From: Candidatus Undinarchaeota archaeon
GTDB taxonomy: Archaea; SpSt-1190
DNA length: 12,287 nt
NCBI GenBank assembly: GCA_964549355.1
Contig: CAZJUS010000024.1
Span: forward strand, 1-12,287
Direction: 5' to 3'
Shown here: piece by piece, positions 1 to 8,433 of the stretch
Layout of the letters: each line of letters begins with the position of its first letter
How positions within the stretch are numbered: position 1 is the stretch's first letter
Notes under the pieces: model-generated
What the model was told of the DNA's origin: nothing
Databases searched by the model: none
Seen by the model: only the letters and a program-made list of their open reading frames with translations
Translations under genes and position numbers: made by a program

Positions 1-1084
1 AAATCATATTTTCGTCTGCAGTCGTCCTCTCCTCGACCAAGCCCGCCCGGCCCAAGTCCTCAGGCCTCAGGTCTTTGATGCTGGTGATGATCTTTCCGCC
101 TGTTGCCTTTGCCAGGACAGCCATATCACTCTTCTTGACTCTGCGGACTGCAAAGATGCCTTCCCGGGACAGCATATGCTGCGCCAGGTCGTCAATGCCT
201 TTCTGGACAAAGACCACATTGGCCCCTGCATCTTTGATGGCATCAATCATCTTCTTTATGGTGTCCTCTTCATTCTTAAGGAAGGATTCGAGCTGTGCAG
301 GGTCTGTAATTTGAATCTGCGTGTCGGTTTCGGGGCTCTTGACCTCAAGCGCGACATTGAGCAAGGCGATTTTTGCATTTTCAACTTTCTTGGGCATGCC
401 GTCATGGACCCTTTCCTTGTCCAGCACAATGCCGTCGATGAGGCTCGAATCCTCAAGACTGCCTCCTGCTTTCTTTTCGATCTTAATGTCTTTGACATCA
501 ACAGTGTATCTGCCCTCTCCATTCTTTTTCTTGATTTTGTGTATCCCTTCAACGCAAAGCTTGGCCAGATGATGGACTCCGCTTTCGGTGCCTCTGCCGT
601 TCATGCTGGTCTGGCTGATTTTGATGAGCTGGCTTTTGTCATCTATGCGGACTTCGGATGAAACTTCGTCCGCAATTTTCATGGCTTTCTCTGAAGCAAG
701 CTTGTAGCCGTGGGCGATTATAGCAGAGTGGATGCCTTGGTCAAGCAGGTCTTCCGCCTTCTTGAGCAGCTCCCCTGCCAGAACTGTAGCAGTAGTGGTC
801 CCGTCGCCGACCTCGTCTTCCTGGGCCTTGGCAACCTCCACTATCATCTTGGCTGCGGGATGCTCTATCTCCATGGTGTCCAGGATGGTGACGCCGTCGT
901 TGGTGATCACCACATCCCCCAGGTTGTCCACCAGCATCTTGTCCATGCCTCTCGGCCCCAAGGTCGTCCGGACTACCTCGGAGACCGCCTTGGCGGCCAG
1001 TATGTTTATCCTCTGGGCATTCCTCCCCATCATGCGGGAAGCGCCCTCCGGCAATATCAGAATTGGTTGTTGTTTGTCTGCCAT
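1..1084 (-). CDS. ths: Thermosome (group II chaperonin) subunit, N-terminal ~361 codons; 3' end lies outside the window
   Basis: Manual translation from ATG at 1084: [111 protein letters not shown]. Contains the [17 protein letters not shown] and GDGTTT chaperonin motifs. GGTGA Shine-Dalgarno at 1095-1091. Confidence 0.97.
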   Translation of the reverse strand, partial: MADKQQPILILPEGASRMMGRNAQRINILAAKAVSEVVRTTLGPRGMDKMLVDNLGDVVITNDGVTILDTMEIEHPAAKMIVEVAKAQEDEVGDGTTTATVLAGELLKKAEDLLDQGIHSAIIAHGYKLASEKAMKIADEVSSEVRIDDKSQLIKISQTSMNGRGTESGVHHLAKLCVEGIHKIKKKNGEGRYTVDVKDIKIEKKAGGSLEDSSLIDGIVLDKERVHDGMPKKVENAKIALLNVALEVKSPETDTQIQITDPAQLESFLKNEEDTIKKMIDAIKDAGANVVFVQKGIDDLAQHMLSREGIFAVRRVKKSDMAVLAKATGGKIITSIKDLRPEDLGRAGLVEERTTADENMI

Positions 1085-1107
1085 TTTTATTCACCTTTTT
1101 GCGCATT

Positions 1108-1133
1108 TATGGAAAAACTACTGCTTTTCCATA
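1108..1133. promoter_or_regulatory. Perfect inverted repeat TATGGAAAA-N8-TTTTCCATA in the thermosome leader; putative operator or 5' UTR hairpin
   Basis: Arms at 1108-1116 and 1125-1133 are exact reverse complements. They lie between the TATA box and the SD. Confidence 0.5.
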
Positions 1134-1155
1134 CGAAACATATAGACGAGCTGTT

Positions 1156-1170
1156 CTTTAAAACTTTTAC
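1156..1170 (-). promoter_or_regulatory. BRE + TATA box of the thermosome gene
   Basis: Minus strand reads GTAAAAG-TTTTAAAG, a purine-rich BRE followed by a TATA box, about 80 nt upstream of the ATG. Confidence 0.6.
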
Positions 1171-1215
1171 GCCACGGGTTCCTGTGGAACAAACTTCCCA
1201 AAAAGTCCACTAGTT

Positions 1216-1941
1216 TTACAACCCCAGCTCCTTCAAATCCTTCCCCTTCGCCACCACCGGCTCGGCGCCCAGCACGTCGGCAACCTTCTCAAGGTTCCGC
1301 ACCCGCCGTTTGTGGCTTTTCAGGCTGACAAGGAAGACCTTCTCCTTTTTGAATGCGACCTCGAACGGCGCCCTGCCGATGAACGCCCTGTCCTGCTTTT
1401 CAATGCCGAAATGGACCTCGCTGAAGATGCCCTTGCCCAGGATGCTTTCCAGCTTTTTTGCCATTTCTCTGCTCGGCGTGGCAGTCTCCTCCTCATACCG
1501 CCGGATCATCTCCGGCGTCACGTCCAGCTTCTCCGCCAGCAGATTCCTGCTCATATTGTGGCTCTCCCTGATTTTCCGGAGATTCTCAATGGGGACTTTG
1601 ATGCATCCCCTGTCCGCCAGGGCCACATGCTTGTCCTCCAGGTATTTCAGGAAGGTCTCTCCCCCCATGACAGGAACCCCGTACCTCTGGTAGACGACTC
1701 CTTTGGCCAGCTTACGCTTGAATTTCTTGGAGACCACCATGGGTTCGGCCCCGACGACGGACGCGCATTTCTTGAAGGCCTCCAGGCTGTCTTTGCTCAG
1801 GCTGTCGGCGTTGCCCACCATCTTGATGAGGTACGCCCTGTCTTTCACGAAGGCCATATCAAAACTTCGCGACTTCTCGTCCTTGACCTCCGCCACGTCG
1901 GCCTTCCCCTTAAGCTTCTCTGCAAACCTGCGCAGCTCCAC
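1216..1941 (-). CDS. Archaeal HTH (Xre/cI-type) transcriptional regulator, COG1395-like
   Basis: 241 aa with GTG start. Central HTH LRKIRESHNMSRNLLAEKLDVTPEMIRRYEEE. N-terminal SFDM..LIKMVGNADSL and GVVYQRYGVPV segments are typical of this family. Confidence 0.85.
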   Translation of the reverse strand: MELRRFAEKLKGKADVAEVKDEKSRSFDMAFVKDRAYLIKMVGNADSLSKDSLEAFKKCASVVGAEPMVVSKKFKRKLAKGVVYQRYGVPVMGGETFLKYLEDKHVALADRGCIKVPIENLRKIRESHNMSRNLLAEKLDVTPEMIRRYEEETATPSREMAKKLESILGKGIFSEVHFGIEKQDRAFIGRAPFEVAFKKEKVFLVSLKSHKRRVRNLEKVADVLGAEPVVAKGKDLKELGL

Positions 1942-1958
1942 AGCAACCCTAGCACAGG

Positions 1959-1968
1959 TTTTTTATAG
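1959..1968. promoter_or_regulatory. Shared bidirectional TATA element between the divergent HTH regulator and pheS
   Basis: TTTTTTATAG on +, CTATAAAAAA on -, in a 46-bp intergenic gap, 26-29 nt from each GTG start. Confidence 0.55.
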
Positions 1969-1987
1969 CTCTATTAGTTTCTCGTCT

Positions 1988-3364
1988 GTGCATCAGTACG
2001 AGGCAAGAATTCTTGAGGCTCTCAAGAAGCGGAAGAAGGCCAAGGCAAGCGAGCTCGCCGAAATGCTCCATATGAGCTGGGACGCCGTTTCGCGCATGGC
2101 CTACAGCCTGAGCCGGAAGAAGCTGGTGGCCTTGGACAAGATTACGACCACCAAGACTCTGCTGACTGAGGAAGGGCAGAAAGTCCTTGAGAACGGCATC
2201 CCCGAGAAGCAGTTCCTTGAAATCCTGCCGAAAAATGTCAGCGAGGTGCCCCCGGACATGAAGCTGGGCATGAACTGGGCTGTCAAGCGGGGATGGGCCG
2301 AGGTGAAGGACGGCAGGGTTGTCCGCATCATCCAAACTCCTCCCGTGACTGAAGAGGAGCGCGCCCTCCGCAATCTCAACAATCTCGGTGCAGAGGAGCT
2401 GGTGCTCCTGCGCAAAAGAAAATGGGCATACAGGAAGACTGCAACCGACTACGTCATCTCCATCACCCCCCAGGGGGAGGAGGCCGAAGTCAAAGCACAG
2501 ACCACCCGCATCACTCCAGAGCTTTTGCTTTCCGGCAGATTCAGGCAGACCAAGTTCGCCCCATTTTCGCCGGATCAGCCGGCACCCAAGAGATGGCCGG
2601 GCAGATTTCATCCAATGGTCGAGATTATTGAAAAGGTCCGCAGAATTTTTCTGGAGCTGGGGTTCACGGAAATGGCAGGCCCCTATGTCGAGTCGGCATT
2701 CTGGGATTTTGATGCCCTCTTTGTCCCCCAGGACCATCCTGCCCGCGAGATGCAGGACACTTTCTACATAGACGGCACTGCCGAAATTCCAAAAGGCCTT
2801 GCAGACAAAGTCGAGAAGGTCCACATGGATTCATGGGGCAACTGGGATGCAAAGGAAGCCGTGCGCAGGCTGCTCCGCACCCACACCACATGCGTTTCTG
2901 CCAGGGCGCTGGCCGAGGTCAAACCGCCTGCCAAGATATTTTCAGTGGACTGGGTGTTCCGCAACGAAACTGTGGACTACAAACACTTGGCGGAGTTCCA
3001 TCAGGTTGAAGGCATAGTCTATGATCCAAAAGTAAATTTATGTGACCTCTTCGGCCTGCTCAAGCACTTTTTTTCAAAACTGGGCTTCGAGAAAATCCGC
3101 ATCCGGCCCGCATTTTTTCCGTACACCGGCATCTCTGCAGAGGTGGATGTCTGGCTGGATTCCAAGGGCAAATGGATGGAGCTTGGAGGGGCGGGGATTT
3201 TCCGGCCGGAAGTGGTGGAGCCTCTGACCGGAGAGGCATGCCCTGTCCTGGCTTGGGGGCTTGGCCTGGAACGGCTTGCCATGATGTACTACGGCCTGGA
3301 CGACATACGCCTGCTCTACAACAGCAATATTGACTGGCTTAGGAAAAGGAGGGTCTTCATATGA
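1988..3364 (+). CDS. pheS: Phenylalanine--tRNA ligase alpha subunit (archaeal type)
   Basis: N-terminal winged-helix region, then GRFHP, FWDFDALFVPQDHPAREMQDTFY, LLRTHTT, FRNETVDYKHLAEFHQVEG, MELGGAGIFRPEV and AWGLGLERLAM. Start moved to the in-frame GTG at 1988 because the ORF-track start at 1703 overlaps the HTH gene. Confidence 0.96.
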   Translation: MHQYEARILEALKKRKKAKASELAEMLHMSWDAVSRMAYSLSRKKLVALDKITTTKTLLTEEGQKVLENGIPEKQFLEILPKNVSEVPPDMKLGMNWAVKRGWAEVKDGRVVRIIQTPPVTEEERALRNLNNLGAEELVLLRKRKWAYRKTATDYVISITPQGEEAEVKAQTTRITPELLLSGRFRQTKFAPFSPDQPAPKRWPGRFHPMVEIIEKVRRIFLELGFTEMAGPYVESAFWDFDALFVPQDHPAREMQDTFYIDGTAEIPKGLADKVEKVHMDSWGNWDAKEAVRRLLRTHTTCVSARALAEVKPPAKIFSVDWVFRNETVDYKHLAEFHQVEGIVYDPKVNLCDLFGLLKHFFSKLGFEKIRIRPAFFPYTGISAEVDVWLDSKGKWMELGGAGIFRPEVVEPLTGEACPVLAWGLGLERLAMMYYGLDDIRLLYNSNIDWLRKRRVFI

Positions 3365-4914
3365 TAGTGGAGTTTGAGTGGGATGACCTGATGAGTTTCC
3401 TCAAAGGGAAGGTCCCGCGCGACGCCCTCATCAACGCCATTGATATGATGGGGACTCCCGTCGAGGAGCACAACGATGAGATTGTCCGTATTGAAGTTTT
3501 TCCCAACCGTCCGGACCTGCTTGATGCAGGAGGCATGGGCAGAGCCCTCAACGGCTTTCTTGGTTTTGAAGCAGGCTATCCCGCATGGCGCATGGCATCC
3601 GATGGAATCAAATGCAGCGTACCGGAAAGCCGGCAGAGCCTCATCCGCCCTTTTCTGAGTTTTGCAATGGTGAAGGCACTGAAACTCAACGAAGCAGCTG
3701 TCAAAGGCATGATGCAGTTGCAGGAAAAACTGCACATCACTCTGGGGCGCAACCGCGCCAAATACAGCATCGGCATTTACAATGCAGACATGATACGCAT
3801 GCCTGTCCGGTATGAAGAGTGGAAGCTTGACGATATCAGCTTTGTCCCTCTTGAAGGCTCTGAGGAGCTGAGCGGAAGGCAGATTCTTGAGGAGACTGAA
3901 AAAGGCAGGGCATACGCACATCTTCTGCCAGAAGACAGGGCGCCTGTCCTTCTGGACGCCTCCGGCAAAATTATCAGCATGCCCCCAATAATCAATGCAG
4001 AGTTCTGCAAGGTCGATGCAAACACCACCAATCTCTTTATTGATTCCACAGGCACTTCCCCGGGAACTGATGATATAGTGGCCGTTGTGGCCACATCCCT
4101 TGCCGAGCGCGGAGGCATCATCCAGCCCGTTTCACCGGGCCCCCTCTTCCTGCCCAAGCGCATGCCCATCGATTATGACCGCATAAGGGCTCTGCTGGGA
4201 TTGGAGATGAGCAACATGCAGATTGACAGCTTTCTCAATAAAATGCGGATAGGCGCAGTTGGGGAAGCTACGATCCCCCCCTACCGCATCGACATAACCC
4301 GGCAGATGGATCTGGCAGAAGATGTTGCAATTGCGTATGGATATGACAATTTCAAGTTCACCCTTCCAAAGACAAAGCTTTTCGGCCGGCCCCTCCCGTC
4401 GCAGGTTTTTTACAACGAAATCAGGAAGCTTATGGTCGGCTTCGGCTTTCTGGAGATAAGGGGCTTCAACTTGGTGTCCCCCCTGGCATCTGCCATGGCG
4501 GGCGGCGCCAATATCAGAGTGCTGAATGCCAAGAGCAGTGAATATTCTGTCTTGAGGCCTTCCCTTCTCCCAGGCCTCTACCACCTCCTCTTGAGAAACA
4601 AAGACTCAGAATATCCGCAGAAAATTTTTGAAATCGGCAACGTATTCACCCCCGAGCAAAAAGTCAGGCTGGCAGGCTTCATTGCCCACAGCGAAGCTGG
4701 GTTTTCTGAAATCAAAGGCATAGTGGATGCCCTGCATACAATGGTGGCGCCCGATGAGGAGCTGAAGTGGGCCAGTGGCAGCCATCCCATGTTCATGGAA
4801 GGCAGGACTGCGGTGTCTGACTGGGGGGTCTACGGGGAGCTGGCGCCCGAGCTCTCGCAACAAGTAGGCATGCCTGTCGCAGGCTTTGAGCTGAAACTGG
4901 AAACGGATTTATAG
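3361..4914 (+). CDS. pheT: Phenylalanine--tRNA ligase beta subunit (archaeal type)
   Basis: PNRPDLL, LQEKLH..GRNR, SMPPIIN, PPYRIDI...DLAEDVAIAYGY, LRPSLLPGL and YPQKIFEIG motifs. ATGA overlap with the pheS stop. Confidence 0.96.
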   Translation: MIVEFEWDDLMSFLKGKVPRDALINAIDMMGTPVEEHNDEIVRIEVFPNRPDLLDAGGMGRALNGFLGFEAGYPAWRMASDGIKCSVPESRQSLIRPFLSFAMVKALKLNEAAVKGMMQLQEKLHITLGRNRAKYSIGIYNADMIRMPVRYEEWKLDDISFVPLEGSEELSGRQILEETEKGRAYAHLLPEDRAPVLLDASGKIISMPPIINAEFCKVDANTTNLFIDSTGTSPGTDDIVAVVATSLAERGGIIQPVSPGPLFLPKRMPIDYDRIRALLGLEMSNMQIDSFLNKMRIGAVGEATIPPYRIDITRQMDLAEDVAIAYGYDNFKFTLPKTKLFGRPLPSQVFYNEIRKLMVGFGFLEIRGFNLVSPLASAMAGGANIRVLNAKSSEYSVLRPSLLPGLYHLLLRNKDSEYPQKIFEIGNVFTPEQKVRLAGFIAHSEAGFSEIKGIVDALHTMVAPDEELKWASGSHPMFMEGRTAVSDWGVYGELAPELSQQVGMPVAGFELKLETDL

Positions 4915-4933
4915 GCGGGCCTTTACGTTTTTT

Positions 4934-5971
4934 ATGCTGTTTACTGAGGGCCTTGCCGTAATGGTGACAAGCATAGTCGGGGCGGGCGTTTTTGGACTTC
5001 CTGAATTTGCCAAAAATCTAGGCTGGATGTCTGCATTTTATCTTCTGCTTGCATATTTGTTTTCCATCCTTCTTGCCCGCGTGGTCTTATCGTTCACACC
5101 CGGAACTCTTGACGAAGAATTTGAAAGGGCGTTCGGCAAAAAGTATGGGAAGCTTACCGAGCTCCTGGACATGGTCATAAGCCTGCTGGCCTTGACTGCA
5201 TACATAGTCGGCGTCCAGTCGCATCTGCAGGCCAATATCTTCATCCTCCTTTTCTTCATGTTCATACCCTTGATGTTCCACCTGCACTTCCCCGCTTCAT
5301 TTTCAATCGGACTGACAGCGGTCATTGTAGCCTTCATGACTTCCCTTTCATTTGTGAACCTGAAGTTTGCCGGGGGCTTCCCAGCCACCAGCTTCAGCCC
5401 TGCTTTTGGAGGCATGCTGCTGGCCGCTGCATACTTTGCATTCTTTGGGCACAATATGATTCCGCGGGTCCGCACCATAATCCAGCACACCAAGGAGGCG
5501 TGGAAGGCCATCATTATATCATTCACAGCAGTTTTTGTCCTGTATGCCCTTTTCACTTTGACTACTATACCCATCGGCGGCTCCGGCCTCTCGACAGTCG
5601 TGCTTTCAAGATTCTATGAAGGTAGCACGCCGTCCACAATTGCACTTTTTGCAGCCTTGATTTTCTACACGTCCTTCATCCTTATAGGCCTGCACCTCCA
5701 GGAGAAGGTCGGCCACACCCCGCGCGCATCCCTGCTGACAGTTGTTGCTGCCCTCGCCCTCTACGCCCTGACTGAAATCTTCAGCATACCTTTCTCAAGC
5801 ATAATAGCTTCTGCAGGGTTTGCAGTGTCCCTCTACGCGGTTCTGGCAGGGGTTACAGCGCTGAAAATAAGGAAAAAGCAGAAAAAGGGCGAAAGAAGCA
5901 GTATAATTGCCCTGCTGGTGCTGTCGGGCCTGCCCTGGCTCCTGCTCGTCCTTGGGAGCTTTTTGGGCTGA
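4934..5971 (+). CDS. Amino-acid permease (APC superfamily; aromatic amino acid/HAAAP-like)
   Basis: 345 aa, strongly hydrophobic with about 10-11 TM segments by eye. TM1 motif TSIVGAGVFGLP and TM6 motif FAFFGHNMIP. Confidence 0.8.
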   Translation: MLFTEGLAVMVTSIVGAGVFGLPEFAKNLGWMSAFYLLLAYLFSILLARVVLSFTPGTLDEEFERAFGKKYGKLTELLDMVISLLALTAYIVGVQSHLQANIFILLFFMFIPLMFHLHFPASFSIGLTAVIVAFMTSLSFVNLKFAGGFPATSFSPAFGGMLLAAAYFAFFGHNMIPRVRTIIQHTKEAWKAIIISFTAVFVLYALFTLTTIPIGGSGLSTVVLSRFYEGSTPSTIALFAALIFYTSFILIGLHLQEKVGHTPRASLLTVVAALALYALTEIFSIPFSSIIASAGFAVSLYAVLAGVTALKIRKKQKKGERSSIIALLVLSGLPWLLLVLGSFLG

Positions 5972-6017
5972 TATTGTCCAGCCGGGCATGCGCATGATAT
6001 CGGCGTTCGACGTATAA

Positions 6018-6030
6018 AGCTTTAATAAAC
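6018..6030 (+). promoter_or_regulatory. TATA box of the glycosyltransferase gene
   Basis: AGCTTTAATAAAC, with the first T 29 nt before the GTG. An identical 13-mer occurs at 11288-11300 upstream of tRNA-Asn. Confidence 0.55.
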
Positions 6031-6049
6031 AGCATACAATTAACGATTT

Positions 6050-7054
6050 GTGGACATTAGTGTGCTGATTCCTGTCTACAAGGAATTGCAGCGTGCCGAG
6101 GCGACGCTGACAAAGCTCAGCGCGGAGCCGTCAAAAGTCAAGTATGAAGTTCTTGTTGCCGCCGACTGCATCAGCAGGGAGGACGCGGGCAGGCTCGAGA
6201 AGCTGGGGGCCAAAGTGTTCAGGTCCGCAAAGCGAAGGGGCAAGGTCGAGGCACTCAACAGCACAAGCAAATTTGCCAAGGGCGAGCTGCTGGTCTTTTT
6301 GGATTCTGATACTGAACCCGTGAGCAGCCATTTTCTTGATAGTGTGTGGGATTTTTACAAAAAGGAAAAAATCGACATCGGCATGGGCAAGATAAAGGTG
6401 GACTGCAAGCGGAGGCTCCACGAGCTGGCCAATATCGACTACCTTTTCACCAACTCCGCCCAGTCGCTGGCGGGAGCCTTTGGCGAAATTCCCGCCCTCA
6501 ACGGCGCCTTCTTTTTTATGAAGAGGGCGTCCTTTGAGAAAGTGGGCAGATTCTCCAAAGTGGTGGTTGAAGATTTGGACATTGCCCTGAAAGCCTACAG
6601 GTACGGGATGCGCTTCAAATACTGCAAAGATATAGTAGTGAAGACTGAAGCACCCAACAATCTGAAGGAGTGGATATCGCAGAGGAAGCGCTGGATTCTT
6701 GGAGGCCTCAATTCCTTCGGCGAGGACGGACGCAAGACCGCCATAAAGAAAGCTCCACTGTCCATCGCGTCCATAATGACGGCATATCCTTTTCCATTCA
6801 CTGCATTGGTCTGGACTTTCCTGCTTTTGCTGCTCCCGTATCCCCTTTCCATCACATCGGTTTTTGCGATATCATACATCTCGACATCCGCAATGATACT
6901 CCTTCTAAATCACGTGATGAACTGGAATATCGGATTTGTTCCCGCTCTCAACTACATTTTCCTCTACAGTCCGCTGTGGTCTGTCTTCATATTCACAATG
7001 GTGATAATGTCCTTTTTTGAAAAGACACCAAAAATCGAAGATTGGGTTGTTTGA
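6050..7054 (+). CDS. GT2 family glycosyltransferase, processive type (D,D,D,QxxRW) with C-terminal membrane helices
   Basis: SVLIPVYKE, RGKVEALN, FLDSD (DxD), VEDLD and QRKRW motifs, plus about three hydrophobic C-terminal helices. GTG start. Confidence 0.9.
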   Translation: MDISVLIPVYKELQRAEATLTKLSAEPSKVKYEVLVAADCISREDAGRLEKLGAKVFRSAKRRGKVEALNSTSKFAKGELLVFLDSDTEPVSSHFLDSVWDFYKKEKIDIGMGKIKVDCKRRLHELANIDYLFTNSAQSLAGAFGEIPALNGAFFFMKRASFEKVGRFSKVVVEDLDIALKAYRYGMRFKYCKDIVVKTEAPNNLKEWISQRKRWILGGLNSFGEDGRKTAIKKAPLSIASIMTAYPFPFTALVWTFLLLLLPYPLSITSVFAISYISTSAMILLLNHVMNWNIGFVPALNYIFLYSPLWSVFIFTMVIMSFFEKTPKIEDWVV

Positions 7055-7055
7055 T

Positions 7056-8387
7056 TCACTTTTTGCTTTTCACTCTTATTGCTTTGATGCCTGAAACTTC
7101 CTGCAGGACTTTTGGAATTTTTATGACATTCCGGTCCGCATCATAGTTATTCACAAATATTGCAAGCAAGGTCCTTTGTACCGCTGCGCCGGTAGCGTAG
7201 AGATTTGCGACGGGAAACTTTTCGTTGTTTATTATTACCTTCGTGTTGAGTTTTTCTGAAATCCATGAACCAACAGTCGCCAGTGAATGGAGCTCCCTGA
7301 ATTCATTTTGGGCGGGGAACCAGGCTTCGAGGTCGTATTGAATCAGGGCGCGGTTGTCCATGTCGCCGGAGCTGTTCTTGACTATGCGGTATGGAAACTT
7401 CAAAGGCCTCATTACTTTCTCGACGCAGTCAATTAAGAATTCCAGTTCCTCCATGTCCCTGCCGGGCTCCACTATGCTGTGCAGCTCGACTTTGTTGAAC
7501 TGGTGCGTCCGGAATATGCCTTTGGTGTCCTTCCCATGGGAGCCGGCCTCGCGCCTGAACGCAGGCGAAAATGCCACCATTCGGATTGGCAGGTCTTTTT
7601 TATTGAACATGGTGTCCCGGTACATCGCAGCCAGCGGGTGCTCTGCAGTGGTGATCAAAATCAAATCATCCTGCGCCAGACTGTAGATGGCATCCTCAAA
7701 GGAAGTAAAATATGTTATTTTCTCCTCCACTTCCCTTTTTATCATATAAGGGGGGACTACCGGTGTGAATCCCAGCTTGATGAATTCACGCATGGTGTGA
7801 AGCGACAACGCCAAATCCAACACTGCCAATTCATTTTTTTCAATATAAAACCGCGAGCCGGAAATTTTAGACGCAGTTTCGGTGTCGGCCAAATCAAAAA
7901 GCTCCACTATGTCTGCATGATGCAACTGTTTTTTGCCGGAGGCCGTGAATTTTGCACCCGGAAACTTCTGCTTGAATTGCTCCTCAAATTCTTTTTTGAC
8001 AAGGGGGACCCCCCAATATTTGACTGCCACATTCTTTGCATCATCCCTGCCTATCGGCGTTTCTTTGTGCACCCAGTTGGGCAGAGTCAGCTCGATGGAC
8101 CTCAAAGCCGCTTCAGTTTCATTGAGCCTGCTTTCTTTATCTGAAATCTGTTTTTTGATTTTGCGCACTTCTTCAATTATTTTCTTGTTTTTGGTCTTGG
8201 AAAATTCGACAGTTTTTTTGTTCCTTTCAGCCCTTAGGTCATCGACTTCCTTTTTGAGGCTCCGAAACTGTTCATACACTTTCAAACCTTCCCGGAATTT
8301 TTCCGGGCTGGTGAATCGGAGGTCCAGAGCTTCCAAGAATTCCTTCTTCTGCTCCCTCAGGTTTTTAATCAAAGGCACAGACAGCAC
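7056..8387 (-). CDS. serS: Serine--tRNA ligase (class II), divergent
   Basis: N-terminal coiled coil, LPN..H...PIG, SGSRFY, TAEHPL, motif 2 FRREAGSHGKDTKGIFRTHQFNKVE, YDLEAWFP and IPKVL. GTG start. Confidence 0.88.
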   Translation of the reverse strand: MLSVPLIKNLREQKKEFLEALDLRFTSPEKFREGLKVYEQFRSLKKEVDDLRAERNKKTVEFSKTKNKKIIEEVRKIKKQISDKESRLNETEAALRSIELTLPNWVHKETPIGRDDAKNVAVKYWGVPLVKKEFEEQFKQKFPGAKFTASGKKQLHHADIVELFDLADTETASKISGSRFYIEKNELAVLDLALSLHTMREFIKLGFTPVVPPYMIKREVEEKITYFTSFEDAIYSLAQDDLILITTAEHPLAAMYRDTMFNKKDLPIRMVAFSPAFRREAGSHGKDTKGIFRTHQFNKVELHSIVEPGRDMEELEFLIDCVEKVMRPLKFPYRIVKNSSGDMDNRALIQYDLEAWFPAQNEFRELHSLATVGSWISEKLNTKVIINNEKFPVANLYATGAAVQRTLLAIFVNNYDADRNVIKIPKVLQEVSGIKAIRVKSKK

Positions 8388-8433
8388 CCCGCTGTAAACT
8401 TAAATATCTATAGTTTGGGTGCCGAACGCCCGG

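Noticed and set aside
75..1213. Plus-strand ORFs (75-314, 176-661, 321-572, 710-1213, 732-1145) and off-frame minus ORFs (256-552, 741-1106)
   Set aside because: Antisense or alternate-frame shadows of the thermosome gene, with no recognisable motifs.
1703..1987. 95-aa N-terminal extension of PheS in the ORF track
   Set aside because: Overlaps the HTH gene on the opposite strand and is Ser-rich antisense-like sequence. PheS-like sequence starts at GTG 1988, behind a TATA box.
5987..5996. Palindrome CATGCGCATG upstream of the GT2 promoter
   Set aside because: A 10-bp palindrome is expected by chance several times in 12 kb, and no second copy was seen.
7056..8387. Lower GC of serS as evidence of horizontal transfer
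   Set aside because: Spot counts vary widely (about 32-63% per 60-nt line), and neighbouring right-hand genes also look more AT-rich than pheS. Not supportable without a proper codon-usage analysis.
1949..8397. Long antisense ORFs over pheS, pheT, the permease and serS (e.g. 1949-2824, 3316-3921, 5038-5574, 7479-8144)
   Set aside because: Fully nested opposite confident genes, with no domain motifs.
8417..8431. Small hairpin between nif3 and serS
   Set aside because: Only a 5-bp stem, with a mismatch on the transcribed strand and no U-tract.
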